Positions 9,910 to 19,929 are shown, counted from the stretch's first letter. The stretch is DNA of 64,000 bases from Kofleriaceae bacterium (GCA_965215005.1 CBDCCZ010000003.1:128001-192000); one strand, 5' to 3'. Made by a program: numbers and translations. Notes: generated from the letters alone by a model not told the origin.

Positions 9910-10611
9910 TCAATCGCCTTTATCGCGCCGCTTGTCGCGGACTCGGGACTTGTCGCGCCCACCGCGGTGATCACGCGGAGCCGGTTGGCTTGCGGGTGCT
10001 CGCTGCTGGCGAGTGGCCGGCGGCGGCGCGCGATGATCGCGAGACCCTGGCGCGCGATGATCGCGAGACGCTGGCGCGCGATGATCGCGAGACGCTGGCG
10101 GCGATGCGCGATGGTCGCGAGACCCTGGCGCGCGATGGTCGCGAGACCCTGGCGCGCGATGGTCGCGGGACGCTGGCGCGCGATGATCGCGAGACGCTGG
10201 CGGCGACCGGTGATCCCGCACCGCCGGACCACGCTGACGATCAACCGATCGGCCGCGATCGTTGCGCCGATGGTCACGCACCGCCGGCCCGCGCTGCACG
10301 CTCCCGCGACCACGATAGCGGACATAGGTCCGCGGATTGTCGACGCGCCGAACCGCGACCGGCACCGAGCGCGCGCGGGTCCACCCGCCGTAATGCACGC
10401 TCGAGCGATACCAAAGGCCGTTGTGGTACCTCCAGTAATAGCTATCCGAGTAGAAAACCGGCTCGTCGTGGTCGTAAACCACCTGAACGCCCGGGCGAAC
10501 GTACACCAGCTCCGGCGCTGTCGAGCGCGCGCGGACTTGACCGCGGACGACGCAACCGCTGGTGAGGGCGGCGGTTGCGAGGACAAACGTAATCAAAAGA
10601 ATTCGTCTCAT
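9910..10611 (-). CDS. Lipoprotein with Trp/Tyr-rich domain and RDHR repeats
   Basis: Lipobox LTSGC; PELVYVRPGVQVV...EPVFYSDSYYWRY..GLWYRS; tandem (A/G)SRDHRAP. Confidence 0.85.
   Translation of the reverse strand: MRRILLITFVLATAALTSGCVVRGQVRARSTAPELVYVRPGVQVVYDHDEPVFYSDSYYWRYHNGLWYRSSVHYGGWTRARSVPVAVRRVDNPRTYVRYRGRGSVQRGPAVRDHRRNDRGRSVDRQRGPAVRDHRSPPASRDHRAPASRDHRAPGSRDHRAPGSRDHRASPPASRDHRAPASRDHRAPGSRDHRAPPPATRQQRAPASQPAPRDHRGGRDKSRVRDKRRDKGD
10025..10222 (-). repeat. Coding 24-bp tandem repeat (xSRDHRAP, about 7 copies)
   Basis: GGCGCGCGAT(G/A)ATCGCGAGAC(G/C)CT-type units repeated head to tail on the plus strand. Confidence 0.95.
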
Positions 10612-10637
10612 ACGTGACTCCTTGGCTCGACAAGACT

Positions 10638-10654
10638 AGCAAGTGCTCCGCCAA
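10638..10654 (-). promoter_or_regulatory. Putative sigma54 -24/-12 promoter
   Basis: TTGGCGGAGCACTTGCT (GG-N10-GC, TTGCT) about 27 bp upstream of the ATG at 10611. Confidence 0.55.
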
Positions 10655-10887
10655 GCTCCACCTCCAGCAAGTCCGCGAACCCTCGCGAGCTTGCTGTGGT
10701 GATAGCGCGTCGCTGTATCCGAAGGTTCGCAGCAACTAGAGCGACCTGCGACAGAGGCAGGCTTGTCCAGAGTAGCAGCGCTACCAGCCGCGGTAGCAGC
10801 GGAATCGACGGACGCTGCGCGCCGGCCATTCAATGCAGCCGCGGCACCTACATGCAGCCACGCAATGCTGCGGCGCAGGTCGAGCGG

Positions 10888-11157
10888 CTACGTGGGCGGC
10901 GCAGGAGTGCGAGTTTCGAGACTGTCTACGGCATGAACCGGGGCATCGCCGCCCTCCATGAGATGCGCGATCGACGTAAGCACGAGGCGGTGACGCGCGA
11001 GCATTGCTTTGCCTTCGAACTGAGCCGAGGTGACCTCGATTCGATAGTGCCCGCCGCCACCTTCGACCGAGACGGTGGCATCGGCTAGTGTCTTGTGAAT
11101 GGCATCGCGAATGGCGTCTGGAATGGAGCCTTGAAAGCTGGTTGGATGGCTGCTCAT
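10888..11157 (-). CDS. BolA/IbaG family protein
   Basis: GGGGHYRIEVTSAQFEGK..LARHRLV and VHA motifs. Confidence 0.9.
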   Translation of the reverse strand: MSSHPTSFQGSIPDAIRDAIHKTLADATVSVEGGGGHYRIEVTSAQFEGKAMLARHRLVLTSIAHLMEGGDAPVHAVDSLETRTPAPPT

Positions 11158-12208
11158 GGCCGGCGTTATACATCGACCTGAACAGCTCGGCTGGAGCGAG
11201 CACTTTGCTCGCGCGTTTGCGGCGCTTGGCGATGACGCGCTGATCGTAGGCCGCGTGGCGGTGATCGAGCGCGGCGCCTATCAGCTGCTCACCGCTGAAG
11301 GGCCGCGGTGGGCCCGCCTGCCGACTCGCTTCGCGCGTGGAGTGAGCGATGCCGCCGAGCTGCCGGCGGTGGGAGATTGGCTGGTGGTGCAGCGCGAGCA
11401 TGGGGAGCTAGTGGCGCACACGGTGTTGCCGCGACGAACATTTCTCGTGCGTCGCGCCGCCGGGCGCCGCGCCATGCCGCAAGCGGTGTGCGCCAACGTC
11501 GACACCATCTTCATCGTCACCGCAATTGGCCCCGACTTGAGTCAGCGACGCCTCGAACGCTACGTCGCCGCGATACGCGATGGCGGCGCCCTGCCGGTCA
11601 TTCTGCTCAACAAAACCGACTTGGCGACCGCGCTAGACGCCGCGCTCGACGCCGCTCGCGCCGCGGCTCCGGGCATCGAGGTCATTGCCTGCTCGGCTCA
11701 CAGCGACCCAACGTTGGCGCCGCTCGAGCCGTTTCTCATCAGCGGCCACACCGTCGCCTTCGTCGGCTCTTCCGGGGTTGGCAAATCGACTCTGATCAAC
11801 CGAATCCTCGGCGAGCAGCGTCAAGCCACGGCCGAGGTCCGCGCCAGCGATGACAAAGGCCGGCACACCACCACCCGACGTGAGCTGCTGGTAGCGCCAA
11901 ATGGAGCGATCATCATAGATACGCCCGGCATGCGCGAGCTCGGCTTGTGGAATGCGATGCGCGGGGTGGAGTTGGCCTTTCCCGAGGTGGATGCCATCGC
12001 CCAGAACTGCCGCTTTCGCGACTGCCGACACCTCGAGGAACCAGGCTGCGCTGTCGTCGGTGCGCTGGCGGCCGGAACGTTGGACGCGGCACGGGTGCAG
12101 AGCTGGCGCGTGCTCGCGGGCGAGCAAAGCGGCGCGCCATCCTCACGTGCAGCTCGCGCGCGCGAGTGCAGAACGAGTGCTCGCCGCCACAAGCCAAACA
12201 ATCGCTAG
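11156..12208 (+). CDS. rsgA: Ribosome small subunit-dependent GTPase A
   Basis: Circularly permuted GTPase (NKTD, GSSGVGKST, GRHTT, DTPG) plus Zn knuckle CRFRDCRHLEEPGC; start uncertain. Confidence 0.96.
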   Translation: MAGVIHRPEQLGWSEHFARAFAALGDDALIVGRVAVIERGAYQLLTAEGPRWARLPTRFARGVSDAAELPAVGDWLVVQREHGELVAHTVLPRRTFLVRRAAGRRAMPQAVCANVDTIFIVTAIGPDLSQRRLERYVAAIRDGGALPVILLNKTDLATALDAALDAARAAAPGIEVIACSAHSDPTLAPLEPFLISGHTVAFVGSSGVGKSTLINRILGEQRQATAEVRASDDKGRHTTTRRELLVAPNGAIIIDTPGMRELGLWNAMRGVELAFPEVDAIAQNCRFRDCRHLEEPGCAVVGALAAGTLDAARVQSWRVLAGEQSGAPSSRAARARECRTSARRHKPNNR

Positions 12209-12219
12209 CGCTTCTTCCT

Positions 12220-12243
12220 AAGGGTCGCGGTAGGTACGACCCT
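12220..12243. terminator. Hairpin downstream of rsgA
   Basis: AGGGTCG...CGACCCT inverted repeat about 12 bp after the stop codon. Confidence 0.35.
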
Positions 12244-12420
12244 CGAGGCCGCCCCGCACAGATCCGAGTGGGACTGCGAGTCAGCCGGGGCTCGTCTCTC
12301 CGGGTGCTGGCGATTGAACCCAGCTCGAGGAACTCGAAGCTGCACGGCTTGGACGCGCACGCGACGAAGCGATATTGCCGAGGCGTCTGTTCTCGCCGTC
12401 TTGAAGCGCCCAATCTGCAC

Positions 12421-12436
12421 TGGCATAACCGCTGCA
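12421..12436 (+). promoter_or_regulatory. Putative sigma54 promoter
   Basis: TGGCATAACCGCTGCA (GG-N10-GC) 16 bp upstream of the ATG at 12453. Confidence 0.5.
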
Positions 12437-12452
12437 CTCAGGCGCAGACACG

Positions 12453-14030
12453 ATGACGACCAACCGTTTACTGACGATGCTGGTTTGCTCTCTCTTCCTT
12501 GTCGGCTGTGCCGAGCTTGATGCCGAGACGACACGATCTTCCGGCGATCCCGACGGTGACCTCGTGGACGACTCGGCGGCGATCACGCCAACGTTTCGCG
12601 TTGCCGAGCGCAGCCTTTTGATCCGCGATCCGGTAGTCGTCAACAGCGAACGCTTCAAGAGCGCGACTGACTTCGGCTACCTGCTTGCCGTCCTCAACGA
12701 CTACGTTCGCACGCTGCCCGGGCAACAGAACCGCTCGCGCCCGGCGGGCACGTTCATTACGCGCATATTCGACGAGGCGATCAACGAAAACGCGGAACAC
12801 GAAGCGCTACCGGCTGCGAAGAAGCTCGGTGGAGATCCGCTTCACGGTCCGTTCGAGCGAACGATGGAGGCGGTTTACCGAAATTGGGCGTCAAGGTCGG
12901 AGCTCGAGTTGTTGCGCGATCCCGACGACCTTCGGGGTGGTCCTTTTCGATTGCTTGCTATCGTAAATCGCCTCGACCTTGCCGGGGATATTGACGATCG
13001 CGGTAATAGTGAAGCGGCTGCCGAGCCACGAGCTCTGGGAGAGGTTCACCTGGTCTATGGACTGATCGACGCCGAGTACGAAGAACAGACGGGACAGCCC
13101 TTCCCAATGACGTTCGTGCAGGCGTACCGAATCCCAGCTCGCTCGGGCGCGTCTCAGTGGGACATGATTCGGGATCGGGCCTTGTGGCAAACCGAGATGC
13201 AACAGTGGGCCCGGGACTGGTCTGCACTGTCGGGGCACGAAAAGCACACCCAGGCGTACCAGGACCGGCTCGAGGCCATTCTCGACCCCGTGCTTCAGCC
13301 GGAAAACTTCATCGGTTTGCGCAGCAATACACAGATCAACGAAGAAGAGTTCGAGCTTCGGTCGTGGTACGTCATCCAGACCCGGCAGAACCTAATCAAG
13401 CGCAAGCCTCGGCGCGAGCCATACCGCTGTTTATCGGGCTCGCGCGAGCTCGGCGATCTCGTGAACCACTTCTGGAATCCGTCGTATCGAGATCTCGACG
13501 TCACGACGCTGGCCAATATGGACCCGCTATTGGACGGCGCCAACGGCTTCACGGTGGTGCGTACGAACGTTCAGTTCGGCCGCATCCTTTACCCCGTAGA
13601 GTCCGGGTGGTCTAGTTGCGCGAACAGTGAAGCCGACCGCCCGTTCTTGATGGAGCAGATCGGCGGCAACAACACAGATCCCGACAATCGCCTCATGGTA
13701 GCCCCGGTTGCGCGTTTCAGCTTGCCCGGGGAGATCTGGCAGACCGGTACGTACGAGCGGCGGCGTCACGCCTTCGCAATTCGCACGTGCTCTGGATGCC
13801 ACTCTCAGGAAGGAGCCGCCCAAGGGTTTCATGTGAGCCCGGCGCTGGCCAATGAGCCCGCGGGTCTCTCACCCTACCTGCGCGGCGCCGGCCAAAACAC
13901 CTTCACCTACGCGGGCACAACGTACGAGTACAGCATACTTCGTGCTCGTGAGCAGTGGCTCGACCAGGCCGCAGACGGTACGGCAGTGCTGTTCGATTCG
14001 CTGAAGCGACCAGAGCTGCGAGACCTGTAA
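12453..14030 (+). CDS. Hypothetical lipoprotein with a single CxxCH motif
   Basis: Lipobox LVGC; PFRLLAIVNRLDL; RTCSGCH near the C-terminus. Confidence 0.8.
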   Translation: MTTNRLLTMLVCSLFLVGCAELDAETTRSSGDPDGDLVDDSAAITPTFRVAERSLLIRDPVVVNSERFKSATDFGYLLAVLNDYVRTLPGQQNRSRPAGTFITRIFDEAINENAEHEALPAAKKLGGDPLHGPFERTMEAVYRNWASRSELELLRDPDDLRGGPFRLLAIVNRLDLAGDIDDRGNSEAAAEPRALGEVHLVYGLIDAEYEEQTGQPFPMTFVQAYRIPARSGASQWDMIRDRALWQTEMQQWARDWSALSGHEKHTQAYQDRLEAILDPVLQPENFIGLRSNTQINEEEFELRSWYVIQTRQNLIKRKPRREPYRCLSGSRELGDLVNHFWNPSYRDLDVTTLANMDPLLDGANGFTVVRTNVQFGRILYPVESGWSSCANSEADRPFLMEQIGGNNTDPDNRLMVAPVARFSLPGEIWQTGTYERRRHAFAIRTCSGCHSQEGAAQGFHVSPALANEPAGLSPYLRGAGQNTFTYAGTTYEYSILRAREQWLDQAADGTAVLFDSLKRPELRDL

Positions 14031-14155
14031 TTAACCGTTCACGCGGGTCGCCGCCCACCGCCACTCATAACGTAGATCATGCGTCACTTCCGCGCGTCGG
14101 TCCCCCGACGTCGCGGAAAGCGAGGGACGAGAACGGTGACTCTGCCGCTCGCTGA

Positions 14156-15712
14156 TCAAACCTCGTGGTCGCTGCCGGCATCGTCGTGGTAGATGAGCTT
14201 GTATACGTCTTGGCGGCGATCCATCCACGGCCGCACCGTGCCGTTCCGCAGCGTTCGCTGCAGGGTCTCGAGATCGAGATCGTGCAGCAGCATCGTCTCG
14301 ACGTTGGGCGTTGCCTCAGAAGCCACTCCATCGCGAGCGAACGGAATGTCCGAAGGGGTTAGGATGCATGCTTGGGCGTAGTGAATGTCGGCACCCTCGA
14401 CGAACGGCAAGTTGCCCACCGCGCCGCTCAGCACGCAGTAGACGTGATTCTCGATGCAACGCGCCTGCGCGCAGGAGCGCACGCGAAGATGCCCGGAGCG
14501 GATGTCGGTGTTGTAAGGAACGAAGATGATGTTGGCGCCCTGCGCACGGGCGATGCGCGCGAGCTCGGGAAACTCGATGTCGTAACAGATGCAAATCGCG
14601 ATCTTGCCGCGATCGGTGTCGAAGACGTGCAGGCGATCTCCCGGATTCACGCCCCACCAGCGCGACTCCGACGGCGTGATGTGAATCTTGTACTGCTTGT
14701 CCATGCTGCCGTCGCGACGGAACAAGTAAGCGATGTTGTAAAGCGTGTCGTTCTCGACCGTGAGGTGTGTACCAGCAATGATGTTGACGCTGTACTTGAG
14801 CGCCATGTGACCAAAGAAGTCGACGTACTGCTGGGTGAACTTGTGCAAGAGCCGCGCGCTCTGTTCGGGTCGCGCGGCTGGGACCAGCGATAGAAGCTGG
14901 TTGGTCAGCAGCTCCGGGTAGAGAAGGAAATCGCAGCGATACTCGGCGGCGGTATCCGTGAAGAACTCGCACTGGGTGGCGAACTCATCAAAGCTGGCGA
15001 TCGAGCGCATCTGGTACTGCACCGTCGCTACGCGCACGCGGCGCGGCGGCAATGATCGCCGGTTAGGCGGCGAGTACGAAGGATTGAGCCACTCCATCAG
15101 CGCCGCGTGACCGCGCGACTCCTTATCGGCCGACAAATAGTTGCGCAGCACTCGGCGAATGGCGAAGCCATTGGCGAGCTGCGCGCGAATGACGTTGTCG
15201 CGAATGTGCTTGGCCTGCACCTCTTGCACATACTCTTCACCGCTCATCGACTCCGGCTGGCGATGGAACTCGGGCATGCGGCCCGCGATGAGGATGCCGC
15301 GCAAGTTGCGCGCCCGTACCAGATCTTTCCGCGCCTCATAAAGGCGACGCGCCAGCCGATAGCCGCGATAGCGCGGATGCACCGCGATGTCGATGCCATA
15401 GAGCGAGTCGCCCTCGGGCACGTGGGTGCCGAGATAGCCATCATCGGAAACCTGCACGAACGTGTGATCGGCGCGATAGTCATCACCATCGACGATGAGG
15501 CTCGAGGACGTCGCGACGAGCTTGCCATCGAGCTCGACCCCGAGCTGACCCTCGGGAAACCGCTCGATCTGTTTCTCGAGCTGATCGCGAGCCCACGGCT
15601 CAATATTAGGAAAACACTGACGCTGCAGCTCTTGTACGGCACGAATGTCCGATTTCTGCAGCGAGCGTACGACGAGTCGGTTGTTGCGCGAGGGCCGCGT
15701 CTTGGCTCCCAT
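14156..15712 (-). CDS. Bifunctional GNAT acetyltransferase / carbon-nitrogen hydrolase
   Basis: AVHPRYRGYRLARRLY (GNAT) plus nitrilase triad YPE, YKIH, ICYDIEFPE. Confidence 0.93.
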   Translation of the reverse strand: MGAKTRPSRNNRLVVRSLQKSDIRAVQELQRQCFPNIEPWARDQLEKQIERFPEGQLGVELDGKLVATSSSLIVDGDDYRADHTFVQVSDDGYLGTHVPEGDSLYGIDIAVHPRYRGYRLARRLYEARKDLVRARNLRGILIAGRMPEFHRQPESMSGEEYVQEVQAKHIRDNVIRAQLANGFAIRRVLRNYLSADKESRGHAALMEWLNPSYSPPNRRSLPPRRVRVATVQYQMRSIASFDEFATQCEFFTDTAAEYRCDFLLYPELLTNQLLSLVPAARPEQSARLLHKFTQQYVDFFGHMALKYSVNIIAGTHLTVENDTLYNIAYLFRRDGSMDKQYKIHITPSESRWWGVNPGDRLHVFDTDRGKIAICICYDIEFPELARIARAQGANIIFVPYNTDIRSGHLRVRSCAQARCIENHVYCVLSGAVGNLPFVEGADIHYAQACILTPSDIPFARDGVASEATPNVETMLLHDLDLETLQRTLRNGTVRPWMDRRQDVYKLIYHDDAGSDHEV

Positions 15713-15821
15713 GCGCCGACGGTGCCGCATCGGTTGCCGATTCGCAAGGCTTGCACCTCGCACACAGCGGCGTGGCTTCGACATGTGCACCCGCCAAGTA
15801 GGTTCACAGTCGCCGTGAACA

Positions 15822-15969
15822 TAGGAGCCGCGGGATTCGTGACGCACAAATCCGCCGCCCCGATGCGGGGCAAGGACGGCAGATTTCTGCTACTCACACG
15901 CCCCTTCGGCGTCTCCCCAAGCGATTGGGGCGTTTCTAGGGGTTCACGACGTCCGCCGTGAGCCCCTAG
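15822..15969 (+). repeat. 150-bp palindromic element, copy 2
   Basis: GCCGCGGGATTCGTGACGCACAAATCCGCCGCCCCGATGCGGGGCAAGG...GTGAGCCCCTAG; preceded by an extra terminal-hairpin remnant at 15798-15824. Confidence 0.92.
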
Positions 15970-16049
15970 GAGCTGGCGAGTTTCGAGTATCATTCGCCCC
16001 GATCGGTTTTTCTAGGTCGTCTTTGTTGTCGCCTCCGCCGCCACCTGTC

Positions 16050-17423
16050 ATGCCCTCACGCCGGATCATTGGGCAGCTCTTCGACTTAGCCGCGCCGATC
16101 ATCGGGCTCAACGTTCTCAACGTTCTGTCGCTCGCGGTTGACACCGCGATGGTCGGTCGACTGCCGCACGCCGAGGTCGAGCTCACCGCCCTCGGATTCG
16201 CTACCCAGCTCATTTTCTTGCTCCTGGTCGCGATGATGGGCCTCACCGTAGGCACGGTGGCGCTCATCTCGCGGGCCCACGGCGGCGGCGACTCGCAACG
16301 CGTCAACCACGTGATGGTGCAGTCGACGCAGCTCACTGCGATCATTGGCGTGGTGGTCGGCATTCTCGGCGTCGTGCTCGCCGAGTGGCTTCTCCGCGGG
16401 CTCGGTGCCTCCGGCGCCGCGGTCAGCGCCGGCGTCGACTATCTGCGCCCACTATTTGCGGGCACCATTTTCTACTACTTGACCATCCTCTACGGCGGGG
16501 TGCTGCGCGGCGTTGGCAACACCCGATTGCCCTTCCTCGTGGCGTTGGTAGCAAACCTCGTCAACTTCGTTCTCAACTACCTGCTCATCCTCGGCAACGC
16601 TGGATTTCCGCAGCTCGGCGTCCGCGGCGCCGCCATCGGCACCGTCGCCTCGCAGGCGGTGGGCGCCGCCATCCTCATGTACATCCTGTCGCGCGGCAGC
16701 GTCGCCGGGCTGCGCTTGCCGCTGCGGCTCGCGCGCATCGATGCTCGACTCGCGCGGCAGCTGTTTCGCGTCGGCTGGCCTGCCGCGCTCGACATGTTGA
16801 TTCTCAACGCAGGATTTCTCACCATCATCGGGCTACTCGGCCGCATCGATCAGGTTGCCGTCGCCGCTCACGGCATTGGACTCCGCATCCAAGGGCTGGC
16901 CTTCGTTCCTGGGCTTAGCGTCTCGCAAGCAACCGGGGCGATGGTCGGCAATGCGCTCGGCGCCGGCGACCGCGAGCGCGCGCGGCAAGTGGTGCGCGCT
17001 TCGGTGCTGCTCTGCGCGGTCATCATGACGAGCTTGGCCATCGCGATCATCGTCGCTGCGCATCCCATCGTCGGAATCTTCGATGTCGCGGCTGGCAGCG
17101 AGCTCGAGCGCTACTCGGTGATGTGGATGCGCCTGCTCGGCTACGCGATGCCCATCGTCGGTGTTCACATCGCGTTCATCGGCATGATGCAAGGCTCCGG
17201 CGCGACGGGGACCAGCCTGAGTATCAATGCTGCGTCGACGCTCCTGGTGCAGATTCCGCTAGGCGCGCTACTTGGTTTCACCCTCGATCTCGGTGCGTTT
17301 GGCGTATGGCTGAGCTTTCCAATCGCCTTCGTCCTCAAGGTGATCCTCTCGACGATCGTCTATAAGCGCGGACGCTGGGCAACGGTCGGTGTCGGGGCTC
17401 GCGCTAGCAGTCACGGTTTCTAA
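16050..17423 (+). CDS. MATE family efflux transporter
   Basis: VDTAMVGRL, LRGVGNTRLP and about 12 hydrophobic segments. Confidence 0.93.
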   Translation: MPSRRIIGQLFDLAAPIIGLNVLNVLSLAVDTAMVGRLPHAEVELTALGFATQLIFLLLVAMMGLTVGTVALISRAHGGGDSQRVNHVMVQSTQLTAIIGVVVGILGVVLAEWLLRGLGASGAAVSAGVDYLRPLFAGTIFYYLTILYGGVLRGVGNTRLPFLVALVANLVNFVLNYLLILGNAGFPQLGVRGAAIGTVASQAVGAAILMYILSRGSVAGLRLPLRLARIDARLARQLFRVGWPAALDMLILNAGFLTIIGLLGRIDQVAVAAHGIGLRIQGLAFVPGLSVSQATGAMVGNALGAGDRERARQVVRASVLLCAVIMTSLAIAIIVAAHPIVGIFDVAAGSELERYSVMWMRLLGYAMPIVGVHIAFIGMMQGSGATGTSLSINAASTLLVQIPLGALLGFTLDLGAFGVWLSFPIAFVLKVILSTIVYKRGRWATVGVGARASSHGF

Positions 17424-17580
17424 GCCGCGCGTTGGTGACCACAAGAAGCCGCACACCAGTGGCAGCTAGCCGAGCCACCGACAATCCATTGTTCCCGCGC
17501 GGGGAGCGCTAAATCCGCGCCGCGCGCCTCGCTCCGTAAGCACCACCACGTTGATAACGCGCGCGCGCCGCCAGCATCAC

Positions 17581-17596
17581 TGGCTCGAAAGTTGCT
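17581..17596 (+). promoter_or_regulatory. Putative sigma54 promoter
   Basis: TGGCTCGAAAGTTGCT, close to the TGGCACG-N4-TTGCW consensus, upstream of the ATG at 17610. Confidence 0.6.
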
Positions 17597-17609
17597 CCTC
17601 GGAGCCGTC

Positions 17610-18632
17610 ATGCGCCGCCGCTTCAAGTCAAACGACTCGTTCCGCCTGTTTCGCCGCGAGTGCCTCGCCGGAGCAGTCATTCTCGCTGCACTAGGCGGGT
17701 GCGCGGGCGATGCCGATCTCGAGCTATTGCCGGACGCGGCCGCGCCGTTCGTTCCCGACCCGAGCCCCGAGAACCCCGAGCCGGTTCCTCAGCCAGAGCC
17801 AGCTCCTCAACCAGAGCCAGTTCCTCGTCCGCAGCCTGGCGCGCCCATCACCAACACTCCCACGACAAACTTCGTCAATACCTCGGCGATACCCGGCGAT
17901 CGCTTCGTCATCGAAACCTCGAACCTGTTCGCCGAAGACTTCTCTTCGGCCTCGTTCGTGTCCTGGTACGCGGAGCTCCGCAATATCGGCGATGCGCCGC
18001 TTTGCGGCGGCCTCATCGAGTCGATCGCGCTCGTAGACGGCAATGGAGCCGAGCTGGCGACTCTAAACGGCGTGTTGTCGGGACCACCGTATAGCAGCGT
18101 CACGAACCTCCCCAGAACCTGCATTCCGGCCGGCGAGAGGGGATATGTGCACGCGCTCGAGCAGTTTGACGCACCGGTGGCGATGGCCTCGGTAACCACC
18201 GTGCGCTTCGCAATTGCGGTCACCAGTGAGCCCGCTGCCACGCGCCACCCGCTCGCACCAACCATCGTCGACGTCGCGTTGCAGTCAACGCCGCAAGGCC
18301 AGCGCGCACGAGGCACGCTGCGCAATGACAGCGGCCAGCCGATTCACAACATCGGGCTCCGCGTCTTCGTGCGCGGCTCGGATGGTTACATCGTCGACGA
18401 GCTCAGCGCCACCCACCTCGATACGTTGCCCGTGAGCGCCTCATGGAGCTACGAGACCACCACCTATACGCAGGGGCGGCTTAGCGAGTTGGTGCAGTTC
18501 GAGCGCTTCTTACCAGGACCTCGCCAGTCCCTGCGCGCGAACAAGACCATCTCCAGCGTCGAAAATCAGCGGCGCGATCGTCACGCGCTGCTCTTGAGCC
18601 AACGACGCGCGTTGCGAATGCAGGAGCGGTGA
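17610..18632 (+). CDS. Lipoprotein with Pro/Glu linker and two beta-sandwich (FxLYD-like) domains
   Basis: Lipobox LGGC; PEP repeats; GTLRNDSGQPIHNIGLRVFVRGSDG pattern. Confidence 0.7.
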   Translation: MRRRFKSNDSFRLFRRECLAGAVILAALGGCAGDADLELLPDAAAPFVPDPSPENPEPVPQPEPAPQPEPVPRPQPGAPITNTPTTNFVNTSAIPGDRFVIETSNLFAEDFSSASFVSWYAELRNIGDAPLCGGLIESIALVDGNGAELATLNGVLSGPPYSSVTNLPRTCIPAGERGYVHALEQFDAPVAMASVTTVRFAIAVTSEPAATRHPLAPTIVDVALQSTPQGQRARGTLRNDSGQPIHNIGLRVFVRGSDGYIVDELSATHLDTLPVSASWSYETTTYTQGRLSELVQFERFLPGPRQSLRANKTISSVENQRRDRHALLLSQRRALRMQER

Positions 18633-18656
18633 GGACGGCGCCTGGGGCTGCGCGTG

Positions 18657-19760
18657 CTAGCGCCGCCTCCCAAAGATGGACAAACGATGCCATAGGCCCT
18701 TCTTTTCGCGGGTATCCGGTGCTGGCGTGTGCTCGCCGCGCAAGTCGGCCACCGGCGTTTGCGAGGTGGGATCGCCCGTGCCCGCACCCATGCCGAGCCC
18801 CTCGCGCGCATCCAGCACCGAGCGCGCGAGCAGCGTGTGCAGGTCTTTGCGCGACTTGACCCGCCGCAGCACCGCCCCGAGATGGCCCGCCATGTCGCGC
18901 ACCGAGGCGTAGCGCTGCTCTTCCCGCGGTGCCAGCGCTTTATGGATCACGTTGACCAGCGGCGCCGGCACATCCGGCCGATAGGGCCGCAGCGGTTGTA
19001 CCTGGACATCGCGAACCTTGACGTAGGTATCGTAATCGGTGGCGCCTTCGAATAGCTTGCGCCCTACCAACGCCTCCCACAGCACCGAGCCCGCGGCGAA
19101 CTGATCCGAGAGCGGCGTCGGCCGCTCGCCGGCGACGATTTCGGGCGATAGATAGGACATCTTGCCCTTCACCACGCCGGGCTCGGTCAGCTCGCTCGTG
19201 CGATCGGCCGCCAGTGACAGGCCAAAGTCGATGACCTTCACCATGCCGCGCGTGGTGAGAAGGATATTGTGCGGCGACACATCGCGGTGAACGACCGGCG
19301 CGAGCGCACCGCTTGCGTCAGTGCGCTCGTGAGCCGCCGCGAGCCCGCGCAAGGTGCCAATACCGATGGCGGCGATGAGGTCCCATCTCGGCCGCGTCTC
19401 GCGCTCCACGTGATATCGGATGAAGCTGCCGAGGTCGATGCCGTCGACCCACTCCATCACCAGGTAGTAATTGCCGTGCTCCGCCACGAAGTCGTAGGCC
19501 TGGGCGATGTTGGGCGAATACAGCGTGGCGCCCACGCGCGCTTCCTCGACGAACATATCCACGTACTGCGGCTGCTTCGCCAGATGCGGATGCATTTGCT
19601 TGACCGCCACCGTGCGAACGAAGCCGTGGTCTCCGCGCAACAGCGCCCGCCACACGATCGCCATGCCCCCGCGACCGGCGACCTCGCACAGCTCATAGCG
19701 TCCGCCGACCAGCATTCCAGCGGTGGGCTCCCTTGCCAGCTCCTGTCCCACGCGCAACAT
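18657..19760 (-). CDS. Serine/threonine protein kinase
   Basis: GRGGMA, VAVK, HRDVSPHN, DFG and YLSPE motifs. Confidence 0.96.
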   Translation of the reverse strand: MLRVGQELAREPTAGMLVGGRYELCEVAGRGGMAIVWRALLRGDHGFVRTVAVKQMHPHLAKQPQYVDMFVEEARVGATLYSPNIAQAYDFVAEHGNYYLVMEWVDGIDLGSFIRYHVERETRPRWDLIAAIGIGTLRGLAAAHERTDASGALAPVVHRDVSPHNILLTTRGMVKVIDFGLSLAADRTSELTEPGVVKGKMSYLSPEIVAGERPTPLSDQFAAGSVLWEALVGRKLFEGATDYDTYVKVRDVQVQPLRPYRPDVPAPLVNVIHKALAPREEQRYASVRDMAGHLGAVLRRVKSRKDLHTLLARSVLDAREGLGMGAGTGDPTSQTPVADLRGEHTPAPDTREKKGLWHRLSIFGRRR

Positions 19761-19929
19761 TCTGACACGACTGCCCCTCAGTGTCCTGGACCGAGTCGAT
19801 CAACCGAGAGTCGCACAACCGCGGTGCGTGTAGCGGAGCCAATGTCCGCCGTACCCGCGCGGCGGACCGACCAACAGGAGCAAGAGGCTCGGATGAGACT
19901 CGCCCGGAGCGAGGGCTCTCGCCTGAAGC

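Noticed and set aside
10025..10222. Regular short repeats as a CRISPR array
   Set aside because: Units are contiguous with no unique spacers, are a multiple of 3, encode RDHR repeats, and no cas genes are nearby.
15713..15847. Longer N-terminus of the GNAT-nitrilase
   Set aside because: It runs into the repeat element; the ATG at 15712 fits the domain start better.
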